From Antedon mediterranea (lineage: Eukaryota; Animalia; Echinodermata), in assembly GCF_964355755.1 (NCBI RefSeq), contig NC_092673.1, positions 3,720,001 through 3,784,000 on the forward strand: a DNA stretch of 64,000 bases. Reading direction: 5' to 3'. The notes under the pieces are model-generated. The model was given only the letters and a program-made list of their open reading frames with translations. It was not told the DNA's origin and made no database searches. Made by a program: the position numbers and the translations under genes. This document shows positions 38,101 to 49,100 of this stretch, piece by piece (positions within the stretch are counted from its first letter, which is position 1; every line of letters begins with the position of its first letter).

Positions 38101-40936
38101 CACTCTAACTTATACTGGACGACCAAGGACGTACCTTAGTATAATCCCACCATGTGACTCCCAGGAAAAATCCGCCGTTTTCTCACAAATACAGTATCTA
38201 ATTTCTCTATATTTTTAAAATCGTAAATGAGTTACACTCAAATTTAAAAGATGAGGGCTGAGTAAACGGGACCAGTGGTCCCACTCTAACTTCTACTGGA
38301 CGACTAAGGAGGCACCCTAGTATAATCCCACCAAGTGACTCTCAGGAACAATCCGCCGTTTTCTCACAAATACAGTATCAAATTTTACTATATTTTAAAA
38401 ATCGTAAATGAGTTACACTCAAATTTAAAAGATGAAGGCTGAGTAAACGGGACCAGTGGTCCCACTCTAACTTATACTGGACGACTAAGGGGGTACCCTA
38501 GTATAATCCCACCAAGTGACTCTAAGGAACAATCCGCCGTTTTCTCACAAATACAGTATCAAATTTCACTATATTTTAAAAATCGTAAATGAGTTACACT
38601 CAAATTTTAAAGATGAGGGCTGAGTAAACGGGACCAGTGGTCCCACTCTAACTTATACTGGATAACTAAGAAGGTACCCTAGTATAATCCCACAAAGTGA
38701 CTCCCAGGAACAATCCGCCATTTTCTCACAAATACAGTATCAAATTTCACTATATTTTTTAAAATCGTAAATGAGTTACACTCAAATTTTAAAGATGAGG
38801 GCTTAGTAAACGGGACCAGTGGTCCCACTATAACTTATACTGGACGACTAAGGGTACGGTGTACCCTAGTATAATCCCACCAAGTGACTCTCAGGAACAA
38901 TCCGCCGTTTTCTCACAAATACAGTTTCAAATTTCACTATATTTTAAAAATCGTAAATGAGTTACACTCAAATTTTAAAGATGAGGGCTTAGTAAACGGG
39001 ACCAGTGGTCCCACTATAACTTATACTGGACGACTAAAGGGGTACCCTAGTATAATCCCACCAAGTGACTCCAAGGAACAATCCGCCATTTTCTCACAAA
39101 TACAGTATCAAATTTCACTATATTTTAAAAATCGTAAATGAGTTACACTCAAATTTTAAAGATGAGGGCTGAGTAAACCGGACCAGTGGTCCCACTCTAA
39201 CTAATACTGGACGACTAAGGAGGTACCCTAGTATAATCCCACCAAGTGACTCCCAGGAACAATCCGCCGTTTTCTCACAAATACAGTATCAAATTTCACT
39301 ATATTTTAAAATATTAATCGTAATTGAGTTACACTAAAAAACTTTAAAGATGAGGGCTGAGTAAACGGAACCAGTGGTCGCACTCTAACTTAAACTGGAC
39401 GACTAAGGACGTACCCTAGTATAATCCCACCAAGTGACTCCCAGGAACAATCCGCCATTTTCTCACAAATACAGTATCAATTTTCACTATATTTTAAAAA
39501 TGTTATCGTAATTGAGTTACACTCAAATTTAAAAGATGAGGGCTGAGTAAACGGGACCAGTGGTCCCACTCTAACTTATAGTGGACGGATATTGAGGTTC
39601 CCTAGTATAATCCCACCAAGTGACTCCCAGGAACAATCCGCCATTTTCTTACAAATACAGTATCAAATTTCACTATATTTTAAAATATTAATCGTAAGTG
39701 AGTTAAACTCAAATTTAAAAGATGAGGGCTGAGTAAACGGGACCAGTGGTCCAACTCTAACTTTACTGGACCACTAAGGAGGTACCCTAGTATAATCCCA
39801 CCAAGTGACTCCCAGGAACAATCGGCCATTTTCTCACAAATACAGTATCAAATTTCACTATATTTTAAAATATTAATCGTAATTGAGTTACACTCAAATT
39901 TAAGAGATGACGGTTTAGTAAACGGGGCCAGTGGTCCCACTCTAACTTATACTGGACGACTAATGACGTACCCTAGTATAATCCCACCATGTGACTCCCA
40001 GAAACAATCCGCCGTTTTCTCACAAATACAGTATCAAATTTCACTATTTTTTTAAAATCGTAAATGAGTTACACTCAAATTTAAAAGATGAGGGCTTAGA
40101 GTAAACGGGACCAGTGGTCCCACTTTAACTTATACTGGACGACTAAGGGGGTACCCTAGTATAATCCCACCAAATGACTCTCAGGAACAATCCGCCGTTT
40201 TCTCACAAATACAGTATCAAATTTCACTATATTTTTAAAATCGTAAATGAGTTACACTCAAATTTTAAAGATGAGGGCTGAGTTAACGGGACCAGTGGTC
40301 CCACTCTAACTTATACTGGACAACTAAGGAGGTACCCTAGTATAATCCCACCAAGTGACTCCCAGGAACAATCCGCCATTTTTTCACAAATACAGTATCA
40401 AATTTCACTATATTTTTTAAATCGTAAATGAGTTACACTCAAATTTAAAAGATAAGGGCTGAGTAAACTATACCAGTGGTCCCACTCTAACTTTTCCTGT
40501 ACGACTTAGGAGGCACCCTAGTATAATCCCACCAAGTGACTCTCAGGAACAATCCGCCATTTTCTCACCAATACAGTTTCAAATTTAACTATATTTTAGA
40601 AATTGTAATTGAGTTACACTCAAATTTTAAAGATGAGGGCTGAGTAAACGAGACCAGTGGTCGCACTCTAACTTATACTGGACGACTAAGGGGGTACCCT
40701 AGTATAATCCCACCAAGTGACTCCCAGGAACAATCCGCCATTTTCTCACAAATACAGTTTCAAATTTAACTATATTTTAAAAATCATAATTGAGTAACAC
40801 TCAAATTTTAAAGATGAGGGCTGAGTAAACGGGACCATTGGTCCCACTCTAACTTATACTGGACGACTAAGGGGGTACCCTAGTATAATCCCACCAAGTG
40901 AATCCCAGGAACAATCTGCCGTTTTTCTCACAAATA
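32145..40936 (-). repeat. Right satellite arm: about 48 monomers in the opposite orientation
   Basis: Reverse complement of the left monomer, with a 1279-bp (7-mer) period (TACGGTG at 33721 and 35000) and a 3855-bp tandem duplication. Confidence 0.95.
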
Positions 40937-43156
40937 TTTAATTCCTAATACCATAAAAGCCATAAGTAACAATGAAAATGTAAAGAATGCACAAACGGCG
41001 TTTCATAGTTATTGTTGGCTGGAAAAAATAAAAGTGGGCTGGCTTATTGTTGGCTGGCTTATTGTTGGCTAGCTTGACACAAGCATTACATTCATCATAT
41101 TCACAACAAAAGTGTACATGGTTTGTTTTTTTTATCAATCACAAAAGTCCATTAGAGGGCGATATATCGCTAAACAAATTGGAGGGCGCTACATAGATTT
41201 TTAATCATCCCACAATATTTATTGTGGACAGCAGCAGTTTGCAATAACTTTTTTTTCAGTAGGGCCTACAACATCTAGGCCCAGAAATAATTTTAAAATA
41301 CTAAGCCTAGGCTATACTCACCTAGTCTCTAGAGGCCCTATAGTGTAGTAGTTCCGTGATATGATAGAGGCAACAAAGCCTAATAAGGTCGGCAGGCAGG
41401 GCTGGCACCTTACGTACAGACTTGTTAACTAAATTAGGCTAATACTGTAATAAATGTCCACAAAAGAAGGCTGGATTGAGTATATTAATAATTTTTGTAG
41501 TAATCCACGACAGTAGAAATTTCGCCACATATAATAAACTAATTATCGATTTAAAAACAAAGCCACATCTCACAGAGCAGACGATCGATGAACGTGTGTG
41601 TGTGTGTGTGACGAGTACCACCATCGCGTGTGCGCGTAATAAGTGCTGGACGTTTACGCGCACCACTTAAGTACTGTATGTCGCACTCAGGGCTAAGTCA
41701 GATACAATAGCGGTCAATTTCGTACGCAATATTAAAATTAAAAACATTCTTCACAAGTTGCTTTCCACTTTTCAGTGCATTTACTATTGACAAGAGATAT
41801 AATATATTTTTATAATAATTTACATCCTTTCCTATAAGTATAACATTTTGGCAATCAGCAGTAGATTGAGATAGGATATGCGATATAACAGAGTTATTGT
41901 ATTATATGATGATTAAACTATGAAAATAGTTCATTTTAATTCAATATTCCCTTCCAACTACTGTAGCTTGATAATTTTATAACAAATGTTGTTGGTTTAT
42001 CCTGAAAAAAAGCAAGTTGTAGTAATTTTAATTTATTAGAGCAAACAGCACCCTCTATAATTCCAACAATAATTTTGATAGTTTAGTATCGTTCAAGATA
42101 AATTGATGTTTTTAATCAATTAAGGCAATTAACATGCCATATAACTATAATTAATGTTTTGTACCCAAGTAAACCATGTGCACTTCTTGAAATAAAAAGG
42201 TAAGGTATTTTACACCATTAAAAAAAACTTGCTAAACATTTGTCCTCATCTAACACCCTTCTATTCCAACATGAGGAAAACTAGAATTGCATACTAGGTG
42301 CAACACTGTAGGCTAAAGGATGGTTCTGAAACTATGGATGAACAGTTTATTGCCTAAAGCTCTATCTACACTATCAAACTAGTTTGACCAAAAAAGTGTG
42401 ATGTGTCCAAATATGGTAGAGATATACCCAAATATGGTAGTTATATTACATCATCATATCCATATGGGCATGTAGGCACATTGTTTTGTAAATTTGTAAC
42501 AAAGTTTTATAGTGTAGACAGAGCTTTAGCCACAACTATTTAAATGTGTGAAAAGACTATAGAGTGTGCATGTTACCAAGAAACAACAATTTGAAAGTGG
42601 AGGGAATATTTTAAATTCTGTAGTCTATGGATGATATGCTATACTGAACATACAACTATTATTAAACAATTATTAAATGCATAAGAAAAATTATTTATAT
42701 TTTTCATAATTACTAGTAACCTTTGAAGGTCAAATATTATGATATTTACAATAACCTATTGAGAAATGAAAATTAAGAATAAAAACACCCAAACTTGAAC
42801 GCATACTAGTAATTCTTCACATTCACTAGCTGTAAAGAATCGCATCTCTACCAATCAATTGAAAAGTTTTTGACCAGTTCCTTTTGCCGATTTAAGTACA
42901 ACTTCACAATTTCCAGTAGCCGATAAATGTTCACAATTTTCATTTTTCAACGTCAAAGTTAAGCACTCGTTCAATGGCACCACAAACCGGATTTAGCACA
43001 GGAATAAAAATTACAATCGTTACAATCATAAACAACAGTTGTACAGTGAGTTTCAACAAGACATTTACTTTACAATTGGCTAGTTACATAGTCCTAGTCT
43101 TGTCAGACTGCTGTATATATTTATAGACAATTTGGAGTCCTTATTTGGCAGTAAAA

Positions 43157-46100
43157 TCACCTAGATCCAGCTCCCATTTTGGCTATTAACTCATCACAAA
43201 TATTTGTAAGTTCTGTATTTTCTTTCGTCTGTGAAAGAACCAAAATTACAAATATTAAATTAAAAATTATAGCAAACATATATTTCATATATTTAATTGT
43301 TCTATTATAATACCGTTTTCACTTATAAAAAGACAAAATAAACAGTAAAATTCAACAAAAAACCCATTGACCTCCAGTCAATTTGACTATTTTTTGCAAT
43401 CAATTACAGTTTTTTCAAGTAAATAATTTGTTTGCGATCCAACTTTTTATCAAGGTAAATAACTAATATGTGAATATGTATATTTTATATTATTATTATT
43501 TCTTAAGGGAGACAATACATATTTAACTAGAATACATACCTTCTGTTCAATAGTTTTTTCCTGACTTGCTGATTTCATCTGTTCTCGTTTCATTCCAGCT
43601 TGTAGTCCAGTTATCTCCGCTATATAGCTTTTCTTTACCTTATCTATTTCGGCATTTGCCCTATATCACAAGACAATACAAAATTACTATTATTGAAAGG
43701 CATATGCGATGTGATTTGTGATTTATGCAGAATCAAGAATAATCACATTTAGTACGAGGCAGTGACACTAGGTATGAGTGAGGGCGTATATTCTCTACAA
43801 CGTACAACACCCTCACGCATCAACAATAAATTTATCAAAATATACTGTATGCCAACAGCTAAGCGGACATCAGATTTTAGTACCATTAAAATACACAAAA
43901 TAGACTCACACCAAGTCATAATTTGTAACTACCAATGAATAAAAGTTAATTTTATAAAAATACAGTTACTACTGTACTTACTTCTCTATTTTTTCTTCAG
44001 CATGTGATTTCAGCGTTTGGTACCGGTTTTCTTGTTTTTTTACTTTTGTTTGATAGTCCGATACACACTTTTTCAAAATTTCTTCATTCTGAAATGACAT
44101 ATGACTGCATTGTCACTTTTTTTTTTCAAATTTTAAATATTTCAGGAGAAAGTTAATTGTTTAACAACCTAAAAACTATGCCTAAAGCTCTGTCTACACT
44201 ATCAAACTAGTTTGACCAAAAAAGTGCCCAAATATGGTAGTGATATACCCAAATATGGTGGTGATATGACATCATCATGTCCATATATGGGGACATCATA
44301 TTTTTTTGTCACAAAGTTTGATAGTGCAGACAAGATGCGTCTCATCAGCTTTTAACTCGGACAACAACGACCATTCAAGACGACATGCCTCGTCGTACGA
44401 TGCTGTAATAGGCCTTAATAGTAGTTGGCCTTAATATTACTTACCTTTTTATAACCTTCAATGGTATTCCTGAGTTTTTCATATCTCTTGTGTAAGTCAC
44501 TGAAAGCATTCTCTACAGACGCCAAATCGTCCAAGGCTTGTTCTTTCTCTCGTTGAAGTTCTTCAAATTTTCCCTCAGATGAGTTTTTATGATGATTCAT
44601 ATCACCTATGAATAAAAACCATGATGATATTAAAATAAAGGCCAAAATAAAAAAATAGCTTGTTTCAGGTCGAGCGCCCGGATAGATTTTTTTTCAGAAT
44701 AATCTGACTGGAAATTTGGTGGGCCAAAAATCAACAGGAAACAAACATTCTTTTTTAGGTTGGCCTAATATATAGTACAGTATAACCCTTCCTTTAGGAT
44801 TTAGGACACCTCTATTAAGGGAGACTTTGCAGTAGCAATATTTGTTAACACTACAAACAACCATTCAGAGGACACCACTATTAAGGGGACACTTTCCCAG
44901 GATACAAAGGAGTTTTTAATCTATATTAATATGCAAATGCAGTCAAATAGCAGGTCTATAGGGTCACCACATGTCACCCTAGGTAGTGAATCACAGACCT
45001 ACCAACTGTACTGGCTTAAGAACACACAAAAAGATAGAAAACCAACATAAGTTAAATACATTACCCATCATTTGCTGTATTGTACGCTCATATTCAGTAA
45101 CCAATGCCCTACAAAACACAAACATAATTATAAACATTAAATAAAATTAATGATATTTACCGAAAGTCCCCTGAGCATATCGCATCATTACTTATTCTTA
45201 TTACGTTCACCATGATTCTAAATTTTTTGTAAGATTTAGCATTTCCCAATTCTTTTTTTTTCATTTGAGATGCAAGAATGAAACCCATTAAATAAACTTT
45301 TGGTTTTTTGACATGTCTGTATGGAATCATGGGTCAAAGGTCAAACTTACTTCAAATCTGAGTTAGTTTTATCCGAAGTCTCTTTTTCTCTTACAACTGC
45401 CTCATATTTCTGTTGCTGTTCTAGCATTCGTTTCTCCATTTCTTTCTGCACTTGATGTCTAGCTTTTCTTACCACTGTATCCATCTCTGTCTGGGAGTAT
45501 TTAAGCAGCTGAAAAGAGACACATATATTATCCAAACAACAGTGAAATAAATGTCATTGGCAGGGCTAAGCAAGTACCTTAACAAGATACTATTCAAGGA
45601 CCAATTGAGAGAGCTAACTATGTACCGTTGCAAGGGCTAAGCAAACTACATAAAAAGGTACCATGCAAGGGCCAATTACTGTACTGTTACGAGAGCTAAA
45701 TAAATACCATTGCAAGGACCAAGCAAATTTCATAAAAAGGTACCATACAAGTGCCAATTACTGTAAGTACCGTTACGAGAGCTAGTACCATTGCAAGGGC
45801 CAAGCAAATTTCATAAAAAGGTACCATACAAGTGCCAATTACTGTAAGTGCCGTTATGAGAACTAAATAAGTACCATTGCAAGGGCCAAGTAAATTTCAT
45901 AAAAAGGTACCATGCAAGTGCCAATTACTGTAAGTACCGTTACGAGAGCTAAATAAGTACCATTGCAAGGGCCAAGAAAGTTTCTTGTAAAATGTAAGGG
46001 TTAAAAAATTGCAATTATGAGGGCTAAATAAGTATGAGTGCAAAGGCTAAGTAACTATCATTGTGAGGGCTAAGTGAGTATCAGTGTGAGGGTTAAATAA

Positions 46101-49100
46101 TTACAATTACGAGGGCTAAATAAGTACTATTGCAAGGGTCAAGTAAGTAGGTATAATTGTGTGGGAAAAAAGTGAGTATCGTTGTGATTGTAAAAGTATA
46201 CAGCTAAATCATTGACAGGAACAATGAGGATAAGAAACTGTAATCAAACCTAAAATGACAAAAACACAATGAAATTGATAGGCTTACCTCTACTATGCCT
46301 TCTTCTCCTCCCCTAGGAGGAGAGTAAACTTTTGGACTATCCCCAAACTTCATACTTGTATTCTGAAATAGATCAAGTTTGCTTATGAATATTCATCAAG
46401 TAGACATTTCAGATATGTTTAAAATTTGTAAATATTGCTATTGTTTTGTACTATATTTGTCTGGCTGTTTTACTTTTACTTGTTTTGATTTAGCTCCATT
46501 GAAATCCATCCACAGCATTGTCATTTTTTCAGTAATTCGCGTTTAGGTTTATATGTATTTAAATACGAGTAAAGGATAACTAGATCACGGTGAATGGTTT
46601 TTTGTTTGTAAATTTAATCAAATGTAAACTGTACATTTATTTGTCCTCTGTTGAATGTTGACCGAGGAAAATCAGATTACAAAAGCACCAGTCCATTTGG
46701 AAATCAGCCATCAGGCACACTGTTCTTTGATTTCTGTCACCTTATTCTAATGCTAATAGTGCAAAACTTTCTATAGCATTTACCTATACATTGATGTAAT
46801 GGTCAACGCCAGTATGATTATCTGAAACAGTTCTACTAAAAGAAAATGTTACTAAACATGATAACCAGGCCTTGTCTTTTAAGGCGAGCGAGTGCGATCA
46901 CTCACCTAACACACTCCTAAACTGCCCTTGAGGAGTGCGATTTACAACACGCCTAAATTTGGTAAACTTCTACACACCAAAATACAAACAGCACACCTAC
47001 AGCACCTGAATGTATTGAGGAGTGCAAACTGTAGCACACCTACAATTTTCTAAAGACAAGGCCTAGATAACATAACATTACCTGATTGTTTGGGCTGTAT
47101 TGCAACAACCTATCAATCTCCTTCGGAGTTTCATGGTTATCAGAGTTGTTTAGTTGCTGTGTACGAGCAATGGGTTTAGAAGGTGGTGGCGTATCCATCT
47201 GAAATAGATCGTTTTCGCCTACTGTTTTCATTACCTGCGGTAATGATCTTGCTGATGCTACTACAAGAATCAAATTGAACAAAAGTTGCATAAATAGTGA
47301 AGAAATAGTAAGCTGCAAGAGTCAGTATAAGTTGCTATCTCCATCCCATTATAATATAGTATCCACTGCTCATTATTCTTACCACATATTTATACTAGTA
47401 TAAAGTCTGGGTAATTTATACATAACATTGTAATGCTAAACATCAACATCTGGTAGTAGTCATTCAATCAATGGAAAGCAAGTCCTAGTATTTGTTTATT
47501 TATTGATTATTTGTTTATTTATGATATTTTTTGGATCACTACTGTATCAAGATTGTATTGTATTTGTATAGTGAGTATATATGGGTATAAGGTAAAAGTA
47601 TGCATCAAATAATTTATCAACGAAGAACAAAACATATAAATATCAGCTTCACAAATTTATTGAATACTTACATGCCAGAGAATCTGCTGGTTTTACTAAG
47701 GGGTCAAACTTCACATACAGTGATTGTCTTGCAAGAGCAGATTCTTGGAACTATAAAAAAAACATTGTATTGATTAAAATTTTACATGGTCGCATAGCTG
47801 GATGGATGGATGGACGGGACCCGTTCCGGAACAGGTGTGAAAGACCATTAATACAAATCTTTTAAACTTACTGAGCTTCCACTGCCAGCCTTCTCAAGGA
47901 AGTCGACATCAAACGCGGCAGGATCAGCTGGTACAAAGACTGAAACAAAAAATAAACATTTTAGAGGAAGCAAAAGAAAACAATTTAAAAAAAACGATGA
48001 CAGACTAATCCTTAGAATGCACATGCAAATAAATATCAAGTTTCCTTCCTTATAGACCAGAAATGGCGCCACCAATTTAATCCAGACAGCATGAATTCTT
48101 AATCAGTTAAAGGAATACCAGAATACATATACATTTTGGTTACTAAAGCTCTGCTCTGGAGCTTTTGATTTGCAACAACTAAAGCTGTGTCTACACTATC
48201 AAACATGATGTAACAAAAAAAATGTAATGTGCCAATATATGGACATGATGATGTCATATCACTACCATATTTAAGTAAATCACTACTATATTTGGGCACA
48301 TAATTTTTTGTCAAACTAGTTTGATAGTGTAGACAGAGCTTTAGCAAACCTAATCCAATCGCTATAAATCATTTTGCAAATAATAAATTACAATGCATCA
48401 TGGGATACATTAACCGGAATAATTTTATTCCTGTATAAATTACAAGTCAATAAAATAAATACATATGTTATGACCTCAGTAAGTGTCCATTAGTGCACAA
48501 CGCTACAACTACCATAGCTACACGTAAATGACAACATAAACATTAGCTAAAAAGCTGATCATTTTCATAACATTAACTGATGACAAAGAAATATTATTTA
48601 TTATATTTGAATAATAGAATAGTTTCAGAAATCAGGTGGAGTCTTCTCTCATGGTATGAAAAGAGATTGCTTCGTTCTGAAATGGTCAATGCATCCTGTT
48701 TGCCACAGGGACACCCACCTATAATTGTCAGGTTTTTACTATCTTATGAAAATCTTATAGTACTGATATTATAATACTTATAATGATGTAATATTTGTGT
48801 AAATATTTTACATTATGTTAACAGACCTTTGGTGTACCCAAAATTGTAATATTTAATTGTTCTTCAACCTTTTCAATGGCCATTCAAGCATGCATTCACA
48901 CAAAAAACAAACACATACTAAAGACTAAATGTTTATAGCTTTGCCTACAATATCAAACTTTATGTGACAAAAAAATGTGATATTCTCATACTGTATATGA
49001 ATATGATGATATCATATCACTACCATATTTAGTCATATCACTACCATATTTAGTCATATCACTACCATATTTAGTCATATCACTACCATATTTAGTCATA

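Larger units (their letters stand above)
23353..41084. mobile_element. Giant non-autonomous foldback DNA transposon (Mutator/MULE-like), ~17.7 kb
   Basis: Termini GCTTGTGTCAAGCTAGCC...GGCTAGCTTGACACAAGC. Unique TIR of ~148 bp (23353-23500 and 40937-41084). Flanks ATCACATTC (23344-23352) and ATTACATTC (41085-41093) form a 9-bp TSD with one mismatch. The interior is two inverted satellite arrays with no transposase ORF. Confidence 0.85.

Noticed and set aside
23501-40936. CRISPR-like or coding repeat array, including ORFs 35029-35286 and 38884-39141
   Set aside because: Monomers are contiguous with no unique spacers, there are no cas genes and the context is eukaryotic. The ORFs are chance open frames of the satellite.
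23353-41084. Palindrome as a sequencing or amplification fold-back artefact
   Set aside because: The flanks are unique and carry a 9-bp TSD, and the inner arms have different variants and periods. A read fold-back would give an exact mirror. Array lengths still need read support.
41085-43156. Expected FGFR neighbour from vertebrate TACC-FGFR synteny
   Set aside because: No kinase or Ig-domain exons are visible. The 3' neighbour here is the foldback and then EXD3, and nothing can be said beyond the window.
48592-48717. Possible alternative terminal TACC exon ([16 protein letters not shown]...)
   Set aside because: An acceptor and a short open frame exist, but there is no recognisable motif or other support.
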